Source: Macrostomum hystrix (Eukaryota; Animalia; Platyhelminthes). Taken from it: DNA of 64,000 nucleotides. Under the pieces are notes generated by a model. It ran no database searches. It was not told where the DNA came from and worked only from the letters and a program-made list of their open reading frames with translations. The stretch lies in assembly GCA_950097015.1 (NCBI GenBank), contig CATNEN010000038.1, positions 25,296,001 through 25,360,000 of the forward strand. The letters are read 5' to 3'. This document shows, in pieces, positions 14,201-27,319 of the stretch (the first letter of the stretch is position 1; every line of letters begins with the position of its first letter). The translations under genes and the position numbers were made by a program.

Positions 14201-17200
14201 GCTGCGATTCTAACTGTAAGCTACGGTTCTTGCTGCGATTCTAACTGTAAGCTACGATTCTTGCTGCGATTCTAACTGTAAGCTATACGGTTCTTGCCGC
14301 GATTCTCTAACTGTAAGCTACGATTCTTGCTGCGATTCTTACTGTAAGCTACGGTTCTTGCTGCGATTCTAACTGTAAGCTACGGTTCTTGCTGCGATTC
14401 TAACTGTAAGCTACGGTTCTTGCTGCGATTCTAACTGTAAGCTACGGTTCTTGCTGCGATTCTAACTGTAAGCTACGGTTCTTGCTGCGATTCTAACTGT
14501 AAGCTACGATTCTTGCTCCGATTCTAACTGTAAGCTACGATTCTTGCTGCGATTCCAACTGTAAGCTACGATTCTTGCTGCGATTCTAACTGTAAGCTAT
14601 ACGGTTCTTGCTGCGATTCTAACTGTAAGCTACGATTCTTGCTGCGATTCTAACTGTAAGCTACGGTTCTTGCTGCGATTCTAACTGTAAGCTACGGTTC
14701 TTGCTGCGATTCTAACTAAGCTACTATTCTTGCTGCGATTCTAACTGTAAGCTACGATTCTTGCTGCGATTCTAACTGTAAGCTACGATTCTTGCTGCGA
14801 TTCTAACTGTAAGCTACGATTCTTGCTGCGATTCTAACTGTAAGCTACGGTTCTTGCTGCGATTCTAACTAAGCTACCATTCTTGCTGCGATTCTAACTG
14901 TAAGCTACGATTCTTGCTGCGATTCTAACTGTAAGCTACGATTCTTGCTGCGATTCTAACTGTAAGCTACGGTTCTTGCTGCGATTCTAACTGTAAGCTA
15001 CGGTTCTTGCTGCGATTCTAACTGTAAGCTACGATTCTTGCTGCGATTCTAACTGTAAGCTATACGGTTCTTGCCGCGATTCCAACTGTAAGCTACGATT
15101 CTTGCTGCGATTCTAACTGTAAGCTACGGTTCTTGCTGCGATTCTAACTGTAAGCTACGGTTCTTGCTGCGATTCTAACTGTAAGCTACGGTTCTTGCTG
15201 CGATTCTAACTGTAAGCTACGATTCTTGCTGCGATTCTAACTGTAAGCTATACGGTTCTTGCCGCGATTCTAACTGTAAGCTACGGTTCTTGCTGCGATT
15301 CTAACTGTAAGCTACGGTTCTTGCTGCGATTCTAACTGTAAGCTACGGTTCTTGCTGCGATTCTAACTGTAAGCTATACGGTTCTTGCTGCGATTCTAAC
15401 TGTAAGCTACGATTCTTGCTGCGATTCTAACTGTAAGCTACGGTTCTTGCTGCGATTCTAACTAAGCTACCATTCTTGCTGCGATTCTAACTGTAAGCTA
15501 CGATTCTTGCTGCGATTCTAACTGTAAGCTACGGTTCTTGCTGCGATTCTAACTAAGCTACGATTCTTGCTGCGATTCTAACTGTAAGCTACGATTCTTG
15601 CTGCGATTCTAACTGTAAGCTACGATTCTTGCTGCGATTCTAACTGTAAGCTATACGGTTCTTGCTGCGATTCTAACTGTAAGCTACGATTCTTGCTGCG
15701 ATTCTAACTGTAAGCTATACGGTTCTTGCCGCGATTCTCTAACTGTAAGCTACGATTCTTGCTGCGATTCTAACTGTAAGCTACGATTCTTGCTGCGATT
15801 CTAACTGTAAGCTACGGTTCTTGCTGCGATTCTAACTGTAAGCTACGGTTCTTGCTGCGATTCTAACTGTAAGCTACGATTCTTGCTGCGATTCTAACTG
15901 TAAGCTATACGGTTCTTGCCGCGATTCTCTAACTGTAAGCTACGGTTCTTGCTGCGATTCTAACTGTAAGCTACGGTTCTTGCTGCGATTCTAACTGTAA
16001 GCTACGGTTCTTGCTGCGATTCTAACTGTAAGCTACGGTTCTTGCTGCGATTCTAACTGTAAGCTACGATTCTTGCTGCGATTCTAACTGTAAGCTATAC
16101 GGTTCTTGCTGCGATTCTAACTTTAAGCTACGATTCTTGCTGCGATTCTTACTGTAAGCTACGGTTCTTGCTGCGATTCTAACTGTAAGCTACGGTTCTT
16201 GCTGCGATTCTAACTGTAAGCTACGGTTCTTGCTGCGATTCTAACTGTAAGCTACGGTTCTTGCTGCGATTCTAACTGTAAGCTACGATTCTTGCTGCGA
16301 TTCTAACTGTAAGCTACGATTCTTGCTGCGATTCCAACTGTAAGCTACGATTCTTGCTGCGATTCTAACTGTAAGCTATACGGTTCTTGCTGCGATTCTA
16401 ACTGTAAGCTACGATTCTTGCTGCGATTCTAACTGTAAGCTACGGTTCTTGCTGCGATTCTAACTGTAAGCTACGGTTCTTGCTGCGATTCTAACTAAGC
16501 TACCATTCTTGCTGCGATTCTAACTGTAAGCTACGATTCTTGCTGCGATTCTTACTGTAAGCTACGGTTCTTGCTGCGATTCTAACTGTAAGCTACGGTT
16601 CTTGCTGCGATTCTAACTGTAAGCTACGATTCTTGCTGCGATTCTAACTGTAAGCTATACGGTTCTTGCCGCGATTCTCTAACTGTAAGCTACGGTTCTT
16701 GCTGCGATTCTAACTGTAAGCTACGGTTCTTGCTGCGATTCTAACTGTAAGCTACGGTTCTTGCTGCGATTCTAACTGTAAGCTACGGTTCTTGCTGCGA
16801 TTCTAACTGTAAGCTACGATTCTTGCTGCGATTCTAACTGTAAGCTATACGGTTCTTGCCGCGATTCTAACTGTAAGCTACGGTTCTTGCTGCGATTCTA
16901 ACTGTAAGCTACGGTTCTTGCTGCGATTCTAACTGTAAGCTACGGTTCTTGCTGCGATTCTATCTGTAAGCTACGGTTCTTGCTGCGATTCTAACTGTAA
17001 GCTACGATTCTTGCTGCGATTCTAACTGTAAGCTATACGGTTCTTGCCGCGATTCTCTAACTGTAAGCTACGGTTCTTGCTGCGATTCTAACTGGAAGCT
17101 ACGGTTCTTGCTGCGATTCTAACTGTAAGCTACGGTTCTTGCTGCGATTCTAACTGTAAGCTACGGTTCTTGCTGCGATTCTAACTGTAAGCTACGATTC

Positions 17201-17272
17201 TTGCTGCGATTCTAACTGTAAGCTACGGTTCTTGCTGCGATTCCAACTGTAAGCTACGGTTCTTGCTGCGAT
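11213..17272. repeat. 31-bp tandem satellite, array 2
   Basis: Same monomer as array 1. Its distal part matches array 1 at offset 9494 (e.g. rare GCTCC variant at 5021 and 14515). Confidence 0.98.
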
Positions 17273-19126
17273 TACTCTAGCAAGATATCCTGATGCGATT
17301 CTACCTAGCTACAGACTCTGCTGCGATACCTATTGCGATACCTATCTTGATTCCTAATTACCTTTAAATCCTGCGGTTCCATTGTTCTGGGTCGATTCTA
17401 TTTACGAATTTTAAATTATTGTTTGTAATTACTTTAGATCTATGTAAAAAAATTATTAAATTAAAGATTGTTCATGAAAACCTATTACAGGTATGTTGAT
17501 TACACCTGTAATTATATATGCTTGTCATTAAAATAATTCTAAGATGGACGGTACAATATATGGAAATATGAAACAATGTAACAGTGTACCAGTACGTGGT
17601 GCACATGCAATAGATAATTTATAAATGTGCATTGCCACTCTCAATCCTTAGAATGCCCTCGCACAAGTGCAGTCACTGGGAAACTAAAGCGAAAAAGCAG
17701 AATGCTAATTCTGAGCCTCAGCATTTGTTCCTGTTCGAATTCCCCAGCACTATACATGCGTGTGTTTATTTAACGAATAATTCTTTATCTGGCTAAACGC
17801 CAAAGTGCAAATAATGCTACGGATCCGAATCGTCGAATTTTTTTTCGTTACTTTATACTCTGTCAAAATCCTGTCATATATTTTTAAGCTGGCCGTTAAC
17901 AAGGACTAGTTCGTAAGCATGTCAGTTCCAATTGCGTTAATTTGCTTTGGTGAATTTTTAGTTTTGTCATTCGATTATTTTTAGTCAGCACCTCTTCTGT
18001 AATATTTTATACTTCATCGATTGTTATATTATTTGAAATTTATAAAACGGGGAAATCGGCAGAGCCAGTAATATTTTTGTATAACTAAGTGGCTTTATAA
18101 TAGGGTCACGTAATAGTGTCACGATTTAGTCATGAAATCGCTTACAGTTATATTCAGACAAAACAGACAACAATATTTATTACTACGCAATAACGCACTA
18201 AGGCAACTTAATTAATTGTAAGGTGAACACACTGAAGCTTTGTTTTAGTTTGCAAAATTGATAATAGAATGGCGTACAGTTCGAGCAAAACTTTTTCATA
18301 GAAGACGTCTTATTATAATTTTTGCCTACTCTTTCAAGTGCTTCTTACTTTACTGTTCTATATCTGCAGACGCTTGTCTTTCGATCTGATTTTTTGGATT
18401 AAAGTGTTTGCTTTTTACAAACATTATTCTATAAATTGACTATATGCTTGTCATAGATGCTGCTCGAATATAAATATATGAAAATGCAAGTACAAAAACG
18501 TTTGCAGTATATTGAAGCATTTTCCCAGAGCCAGCTTTTGTTATTTTTGTTTAGGATTAAGATTAAGCTTTAAGCCTGAGCTTTTCGTGGTAGTTCCTGT
18601 AAAAAAGACTTATATACCTTTGATATCCAATTTCCATTTTTTCGGATTTGACATGCATATATAATTGGTGAAATAAAAAAATGCAAGAAGTAAGATTTTT
18701 TAAATGTTTTGTTGCTAAAATGCTAAACAGCTTTTGTTTAAATTAATTTAACTCCAAAAGTTGTACTATGGAAAAATGTGACTCCTATGTAAATTGTGTT
18801 GTTTGTTTGCATTATCGATTCATAAATAAACATTTAATTATGTTCAGTTAAAAAAATGTATGTGGTAAAGCTATAAGAACTACAGCTCAGAAAGTGTATT
18901 TACATAAAAATACCTTGTTTTAAAGATACGCACATAATATAATAATAGAAGATATAAGCATCTTTGCAAACATTATTTTATCTGTCAAATGAATAAGCAT
19001 ATTAAACGATATTAATTTTAAAATTAATTTTTTACGCGTTAAATCCAGTGTTAAAACAAGAAAATGGGTAAATTAAAACACGTTTTTTAATTTAAATTTA
19101 ATTTCTTTTTTTTTCAGATTTTTTAA

Positions 19127-21106
19127 ATGACAGCTACCCACCAGAACATCATCCGTTCCTGGCTAAAGAGTTATCCAGCTCCTGTAGAAGCAGAGAACGA
19201 CGATACAATAAATCATGGGTGTCAAACAGAATTATCTAATTCTGTCGAAGTTAAAAACTACTACGATCACCAGCGTCAGCTAATTATAGCCTGTAAAAGT
19301 TTGTTAAACTTGGTGGCAGACGAAGGGCACCAAGAGTTGGACGAAGACGTAGACGAGAGCAATATTGTGCTTAAAAAACACACTTGCAAGAATGGAGACT
19401 GCAATACAAGCAGCGATGCAAATGATAGGTAGTTTTCTTAGAATACCATTCTCGCAGAATCCAATTCTTAATACTAAAAAAAATAATCACTTCAAAAACT
19501 TAGAATTTTTTTTTTAAATAGCCAGGCTAAAATAGTAGTAAATATTTATTTCAATTATTTAACGAATTGCAACTTTTTCAAAACAGATCGGGTAAGCAGA
19601 AAAACATACTCGAACTAAGAGTTAAGTTACTTTCAGTAGCACCCATTCACACAGTCTATGGCCTGATAAGAGTACTTATTATACCCTTTATCGTAAAACC
19701 TCTCCCAGATGCCAGACAGCCTCATATTTATCAGCGCCGGAGTCCACAAAGTTAGTTTATCGCTTTGCTCAGACATCAATGCTGGCTGATTTTCTACTGG
19801 GCGGCTGTAAGGCCGCAGCGTTCGCACTATCCGGCTCCATGGCTGTTGTGGCATCGCTAATCGAGTCTAGTATGCAGTTTCTGAGCGGCTTTGTTATCTG
19901 GTTCGCCGATAAGCGCTCCCGTAGACGATGCCATCGTCATTATCCGCAGGGTCGGACTAGACTGGAGCCGGTATTGACTATTTTATATTTAATAATCCGT
20001 TGCTCAAATCACCTGATTAATTGGGTCTACGATGTTTGCCAGCCAACATTTTCCAGCTGTCTGTCTTATACTAGACGTTTTAGTTGTCTTACGTTTTAGC
20101 TAACACCATAAGCTTGTACTAAAAATGGGCTGGCAAACTTTGCTATCAGGTTTAATTTGGTGCTATTTTTAGAATCCGGGGAAACCCCTGTGCACGCGGA
20201 TTGCAAGCACGTGACTGTCCTTCGCTCAAAGTGTTATAAAATGGGTTTTTCATTATTCTTTTTATTTATTAGGTGGCCATAGTCGTTCTGACTGTTGTCT
20301 TGGCGACGGCGGTTGTTCAAACCCTTCTCAACGTTTGCTCGGACACAATACAAATTCTGACAAAAAATAAGACGATCAATCAAGAATTGGAATGCCGCTG
20401 CAGGGGAAACAATAGTTCCTGGAATTTGCCACTCGCTGCTCGCGTGGTCAGCCACGTTGGTGAGTGCTAACTAATTTGCACACGTAGCCGAATTAAATCC
20501 TCTAAACTGAACCCCCCTTGTTTCCTCTCCTCTTAAGGACTTTCCCCGCTGACGCCGACCGCACTCGTTCTTGTCGGCGCCACGGTCGCCGTGAAATCCG
20601 TCCTGTTATTGTGCTGCCTGGCATCGCGAAACATCCGTCTGAGCAACGGCGGTAAATTCTTGGCCCTGGCGCATTTCAACGACATTGTCAGCAGCTCTCT
20701 GGCTGTCCTATTCGCTGCCGGGTCTCGCTACCTGTGGCCCTATCTAGATCCAATAGGCGCCGCTGTCATCGCTGCGCTTATCGCGCTCTCCTGGGGCCGA
20801 CTGCTGACCAGCCAGATTCGATTGCTGCTTGGACGTTGCGCTGATCAGCGACTGCTTCAACTGTTAATCTTTGCTGCTGCCAGCTACAGCCCCTTGATAA
20901 GCCGGGTCTGTTCTGTCACGGCATTTCATCACGGCGTTCATTGCGTTGTTGAAGTCTCAATTCAGCTGGCCCCGGAGACTCCACTCCGCGTGGCGCACAA
21001 CGTCGCCGAGGGACTGCAACGAGTGCTAGAGCGTCTGGCCGGCGTCGAGAGAGCCTTCGTTCATCCGCACTGCGGTGACAAGCTGTGCGAGCACAAGTCG
21101 GTCTAG
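19127..21106 (+). CDS. Cation diffusion facilitator, Mn-CDF/metal tolerance protein (MTP8-11-like), about 439 aa; join(19127..19428,19709..19970,20273..20459,20538..21106)
   Basis: GT-AG introns give one continuous frame of 1320 nt. Motifs SGSMAVVAS, YPQGRTRLEP, HFND, LDPIGA and C-terminal AHNVAEGLQRVLE..VERAFVH are typical of Mn-CDFs. Confidence 0.85.
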
Positions 21107-21269
21107 CTTTTTTAACTGATGCGAAAAATATTAATGCGAACCGTTTTTTAATTTCCGTTTGAAGGCTATTAATTACCTAAATCCTAATTACGAGTGCTCA
21201 AGGTCAGTTAAAAATTATACCAACTGCATAAAAGCATGTAAGAATCATTTTTCTTAAAAAACCAGATCC

Positions 21270-21516
21270 CAACCTTACTCCGCTCAAGGTCAGTTTTGTT
21301 TTAGAGTATAGGATTTGGTAGAACTGACACCAACCTCACTCCGCTCAAGGTCAGTTGGAATAGTTTTGTTGTAGAGTATAGGGTTTGGTAGAACTGACAC
21401 CAACCTCACTCCACTCAAGGTCAGTTGGAATAGTTTTGTTGTAGAGTATAGGGTTTGGTAGAACTGACACCAGCCTCACTCCGCTCAAGGTCAGCTGGAA
21501 TAGTTTCGTTCTAGGC
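21270..21516. repeat. 70-bp tandem repeat (about 3.5 copies); last unit interrupted by a MITE
   Basis: CAACCTCACTCC at 21331 and 21401, variant CAGCCTCACTCC at 21471; unit resumes after 21831 (TAGGGTATAGG). Confidence 0.85.
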
Positions 21517-21831
21517 CAGGGGTTGGCAAACTTATTAGCTAGCGGACCAAATACAGAACTTTAAAGAAGACAGTGGGCCGTATTGACAGTAGAAATATGA
21601 GATAAGGGATAGATCAGACACAGGAGAGATAAGACGCAGGAGAGATCAGACACAGGAGAGATAAGACGCAGGAGAGATCAGACACGGGCGAGATGAGTGA
21701 GACACGGGAGATATGAAAGGGGAAGGATAGACAGGAAACTGTAGGTGTCGGTAGGGGCAACGGGCCGGATTTTGGGAGCTTCGAGGGCCGCATCTGGCCT
21801 GCGGGCCGGAGTTCGCCGATGCCGACCCCTG
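21517..21831. mobile_element. Non-autonomous hAT (Charlie-like) MITE, 315 bp
   Basis: Termini CAGGGGTTGGC ... GCCGACCCCTG; 8-bp TSD TTCTAGGC/TTCTAGGG (7/8 match, resembling the NTCTAGAN target); GGGCCG subterminal motifs. Confidence 0.8.
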
Positions 21832-22174
21832 TTCTAGGGTATAGGTGTTTGGAAGAAAATAGAGCTGCTGCCAACATAACTATGCTCAATTCAAGCTAAT
21901 TTTCAAGTTTTTTAATAGCATGTTAGTCTTTCAATACAGTTAACGTTTTTTAGTAAATTAATTTGAGCCTGTTGTTAATTTTCAGAATTGAAATGCCGTA
22001 AAATGAGAGTCAAGAATTGCTAGAGCAACTTTTTTGTTTATCCTTGAATAATTCATATTGGCTGCTTTTGCTTGATAAAAGAATTTAAAACTTATTTTAC
22101 ACATTACACATTTACGACTACCAGTGCAAGGCACAGTTGTATAAAAATGCGATAATTATCTGTCTCCTTTCAAT

Positions 22175-22425
22175 TAGAGAACTCCACGACTTCCTTTCCC
22201 TCAGCGTCCAATCAGAGAACTCCACGACTTCCTTTCCTTTACCGTCCAATCAGAGAGCTCCACGACTTCCTTTCCCTTACCGTCCAATCAGATAACTCAA
22301 TGACTTTCTATCCCTCACCGTCCAATCAGAGAACTTAAAGACTTCCTTTCCCTCACCGTCCAATCAGATAATTTCATGAATTCCTGTCTCTCAATATCTA
22401 ATCAGAGAATTTCATGAATTCGTGT
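22175..22425. repeat. 38-bp minisatellite containing CCAATCAG
   Basis: CCAATCAG recurs at 22208, 22246, 22284, 22322, 22360. Confidence 0.85.
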
Positions 22426-22979
22426 CTCTCATTAAACTGATAAAAGACAGGAAATTTAAGGCCACTAAAGGAATTCAGTGTCTTTATCAAAGCAGCACTG
22501 TGAGTTAATCAAACCATGCGCAAATAATAGCGTTTACAAACATCATTACAGTTCACTTTTAATTATATAGAAAATTCAAATTTTTAACACAACTGTTGTT
22601 GCAGGACATCGATAATGAATATTGACAGAAGTATGATAATCAAATAAGAGACTAAATTCACATGTAAATAAGTCATACACCCGCGTCATTTACAGAATAA
22701 AGACTTGAACATTTTCCGAAAATCAATGACACGCTTAATATAATCTGTACACGCAGAAAGCAACCTGATTACAAGCATATAAGGTTGAAAGTGGCGTTAT
22801 TTTAACATGATTATTAATCGAAACGCAACTCGGTGACAAAGAACTGATCGAGATGGTCTGATTACAATTTTATTAACTACAACGATTTCAAGGAGAATAA
22901 ACTTGACTTATTCAGACTCAAATATATAATTTTAGGATTTTCTAAAGCTAAAATTTCAAGCATCAACTTGTGTAGGTCA

Positions 22980-23306
22980 GAGCGGAAGGGAGATGCAGGG
23001 AGATGGAGATGCACGGAAGAGATTCAGGGAGATGGAGATGAAGGGAGGAGAGGAAGGGCGATTCAGATGCAGGGAGAGGGAGATTCAGGCAGATAGAGAT
23101 GCTGGGAGGAGATGCAGGGAGAGGGAGATGCAGGGAGAGGGAGATGAAGGGAAAGGGAGATTCAGGCAGATAGAGATGCTGGGAGGAGATGCAGGGAGAG
23201 GGAGATGAAGGGAGAGGGATATGCAGGGGGAGGGATATGCAGGGAGGAGATGCAGGAAGGAAATGCAGGGAGATGAAGATGCAGGGAGGGGGAAATGAAG
23301 GGAGAT
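22980..23306. repeat. Purine-rich low-complexity repeat (GGAGATGCAGGGAGA-like)
   Basis: Directly visible. Confidence 0.8.
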
Positions 23307-23564
23307 TGGTAAATTATTGATGAGCAAAAGAACAGCCAAGTTACTGAGAAGAAGTTTTAAACAAGCAGCCAATAGAACTGATCCATCAAACTGCTTTCGT
23401 CGGACACTTTAAAAAACTCCAGTAGGTTATATTTGATTCCGATAAACAAATTCAATCTCGTTTAATTTAACTAACAAAAAAATAAACTGCAAACTGCAAA
23501 GCAGATAGAAAAACACCAAAAGCAGCCTAGCGATAACAAAAACACGACCCCAGATGTGGGCAGG

Positions 23565-25523
23565 CTAGCTAGAGCATTGGCTTGGCTGGTAGGCGGCAAT
23601 GTCCGATTCCTCCGTTGAATCGTCGTCGCATTGCGGCTTATCCGGGCCAAGCCGCCTGTACAGTTGCACTATTAGCTCTTGCATTTTGGCTCGCTTATTC
23701 TCAATTTCTGCGTGCTCAAACCAGCCCTGCATGCCGACTTGAAAGAAATTCTTAGTAAATTCTTTAATTGGCCGCCTATAAAACATCTCGGCGTAGTGCA
23801 ACACGTAGGGACCACAGTCGACAAAGTTTGGCTGCTGAGGTACGCGCGGACTGAAGCCGCGCATTGTCTCCTTGTCGAAGCGTTTTGGACCGAATTGGGC
23901 GCGCTTTTTAGTGTCCCATTCGACTTGCAGATACCTGCATGGGAGGGCGATTATGAATCTTTTATTGCACCATCTTGCACCATCTTCTTGTGATTGACTA
24001 AGGTGGGATAGAGGGACGAAATTATGACACCTATCGCACTCCTTCTCTATTTGGCTGGGGTGGGTTAGAGGGACGAAAATCCGACACCCATCTCACTCTT
24101 CGTCTATTTGGCTGGGGTGGTTTAGAGGGACGAAAAATTGACACTAATCTCACTCCAATTTTAATTGACTGGGGTGGGCTAGCGAGATGAAAATATGACA
24201 CCCATCTCACTCTTCGTCTATTTGGCTGGGGTGGTTTAGAGGGACGAAATTATGACACCTATCTCACTCCTCTCCTTATTGAATAGGCTGGGTTGGAGGG
24301 ACGAAAAGTTGACACCTATCTAACTCCTCTCCTTATTGAATAGGCTGGGTTAGAGGGACGAAAAATTGACACCCATTTCACTCCAATTTTATTTGGCTGG
24401 GGTGGGCTAGCGAGATGAAAATATGACACCTATCTCACTCCTCTCTTTATTGAATAGGCTGGGTTAGAGGGACGAAAAATTGACACACATCTCACTCCTC
24501 TCCTAATTGGCTGGGGCGGGTTAGACGGACGAAATTTTGACTTAAAACTAAAGCAACTCACTCTCTGATAATTTTAACATTTGGAGCTCGTTGAGCAGTG
24601 CCAGACAGGCTGTCGAACACCAGCACACAGGGCAGCTGCAAGGTCCCATCGTCGGCGCGAACAGCTCCGGGCGGAGGCGGCAACTGCGCGAGCGCGGCAG
24701 ACTCAGCTGTGTTTACCAATTGCGAGGATGTCGGAGCAGTCACCGCGCAGCCAGCCGTCTGGACGATGCCACCGTCGGTCGCAGAGGCGGCAACGGCGGC
24801 TTTTTCCGCGGCCAGCATGTCGTTATAGTTGACGGTGCCCGCTAATGAGGGAAAACAGATGACCACTAGGAACCAGTGATAATTCTCGTTGATTGGAATG
24901 ACAATGAAATCCTTAGAGAAGAGGTCGACTTTTCTTGTCCATTTAGCTACAGCGGCGTGTCGACGATCGGCCGCAAGCGACGCGCAGTCGGCCGTGGAAG
25001 ATGCGGATCCGGATTCGCCGGAGCTGCCGCCGCCACCGCAGGCGTCGCTACTCGGCGGAGGCGGGTTGTTGGCGTTGGCAACAGCGGGGACAGTTTCATT
25101 TACGGCCAAATGAGCCAATCGTTTATAAAAGAAGCAATTAAATAGGTGGGTGCGAGCTCTCTGCTCCGGCGTGAGCACTTCGTGAAGAATGTACTTTAAA
25201 TAGAAATCAATGATGACATCGTTTAAATAGTTGCCGGGAATTAGGCATGCCAAGTCCGCATCAGTGATGGTGATGCCATTGGAACCGCCAGGTCGATAAG
25301 TGAATTTTTCAATCAACGGCTTTGCTGTAGCCGTCATCGAAGGAATTGTTATAGTCTGACAACTGGTTGGAGCGTATACAATGCGCAAACCAGTACTGTG
25401 TCTCGGCGTTAACGACAGCTGAGGCGGCGGTGGCGGTGGCGGCGGCGGCAGTGGCGCCTTCGAGTGTACTATAATTAATCTTCGAAATGAATTAGAGCTC
25501 GCTATCTGTAATTGTTGTTGTTG

Positions 25524-25554
<31 letters not shown>

Positions 25555-26970
25555 TGATGATAATGATTTTGATGATTGAAAGCGGTCGCTGCTATGCTAG
25601 TTATGTAAGTTGTTATTGTAGGCGACGGAGCTTCGGGTAGTGAAGCATTCGGCGACACTGACGCAACAACTGAGGGTGCAGCCGCAGCTAAATCAGAAGC
25701 TAGTTTCGGTGGGGCAATAGAGATGATAGATGTTCCAGCTGTGGGAATTGTCGCACCTGGCGAAGAGGAGGAAGTCACAGGCTGCTGCTGCTGCATTGCT
25801 GGCTTAGTTAGTGAAGCTAACAGACTACCGTCGCATTCATTTAATATAGTCCGGCCGGACACTTCGTTAACTTGAATTAGACGAAAGCCGTTTAATAGTG
25901 GCCTGGCTCTGTTGTACCAGGCCATCACTGTGAGCAGGGTGCTGTCGCTCGCTTCTGGAAGCACACGTTTTTAAACAACTTTTACTCGCGATTTTCTTAA
26001 CAGCTCTATCCATGCCTCATCTCTCCTTTATCCCTGCCCCATTTACCCTATCCTGTTTTTTATCTCTTTCTTATCCTTATCTTTATCTCTTCCATGTCGC
26101 CAGCTAATTTTTCTTATCACTTATCTTATATATTCCTTACCCCTTATCTTATCTATTGCTTATTAATATCTTATCTATTCCTCATCACTTATCTTATCTA
26201 TTCCTTATCACTATCTCATATCCTTATCCCGATCTTATCTATTTTTTTTCTTAAAATCTTTATATATCAAGCCCCCTTAAAAAGAAGGCTCACTATACCT
26301 AGAATAGAATAGGACTTACCTGTCTGTTTATCATCTGAATCAATCCGTACTAATCCAATAATCCATCTGCTAGCTCCAGTGGTGGAATAATTCAAAGTTT
26401 TATTCGGCAAGCCGGCCTCCTCGCAAACTCTGTAGCACAGGTCTCGCACCACTGGCCTATAACCGATAAAGCACAATGGCTTACAAGACACGTACGCAAC
26501 ATTTAAAGTAGCGTGCGGTATTGAAATCATGCGCACTGTGCCATCATTGCTGAATGGAATTTCTAAACAGTCCACGGATAAGCGCAGACAGCTGTCAGGC
26601 GGTAGCTGACGAAAATAAGATCGACCAATCAGAGAGTGACTGAGCGGTATTGACAAAGATTCTATCGTTGGCAGCGTCTGCAAAATCGGCAACAACTGCA
26701 GACTGTTAAAACTAACAGATGGTTTGATTCGCTTCTGTGGCGGCGACGAGTGAGCCTCCGAACATTCTTGCCGATGCTGATGAGAAGTATAATAAGCTGA
26801 TCGGCGAGAATAGGACGGCATTACAGCTGGCGATGTCGACATTGTCGAAGTAGACGTTGTTAAAGTTATAGCAGAAGTCACAGCTAGATTTGATGCGACA
26901 CTAATGTCTGATTCTCTTGCGGGACTAGATGAATCCATTTTTTGATCATTTTCAATGTCGCTTGCTGCTG

Positions 26971-27002
<32 letters not shown>

Positions 27003-27106
27003 ACAACAGTCTGGTGCGATGACGCATCGACGCTGCAATTAGCGTCGCTAAGGACGCCAATGCCAACGCCGCTAGGCTTCGAGGCGCGGATGATTAGGCT
27101 GTTGAG
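23565..27106 (-). CDS. SUMO/sentrin-specific protease (Ulp1 peptidase C48), SENP6/7-like; complement(join(23565..23934,24562..25954,26320..27106)); 5' end unresolved
   Basis: Motifs YLNDVIIDFYLKY, FNCFFYKRL, KWTRKVDLFSKDFIVIPIN..HWFL, FDSL and PQQPNFVDCG (His/Asp/Cys triad). Phase-compatible GT-AG junctions. Insertion within the catalytic domain as in SENP6/7. Confidence 0.88.
23995..24540. repeat. 57-bp intronic minisatellite
   Basis: GAGGGACGAA at 24011, 24068, 24125 and onward. Confidence 0.85.
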
Positions 27107-27319
27107 CTGAAATAGCAATGATGCGTTAGACTACTTAAAGTAGAGGTTTTGAAACAAGTTCATATCCTCTAGCATTTGGTGGATTTTGTTATCATTGTAA
27201 TTGGGTAGGCACCAAATGTATAAAAGGAATTGAATAATTTAGAGGTTGCTAAGGAAAAAAATTGTTAATAAAGGTATCGGTAAAAAACTTATATATTGGG
27301 GAAATACTAAAGAATAAGG

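Noticed and set aside
1-17272. CRISPR-like array
   Set aside because: Contiguous monomers without unique spacers, no cas genes, eukaryotic context.
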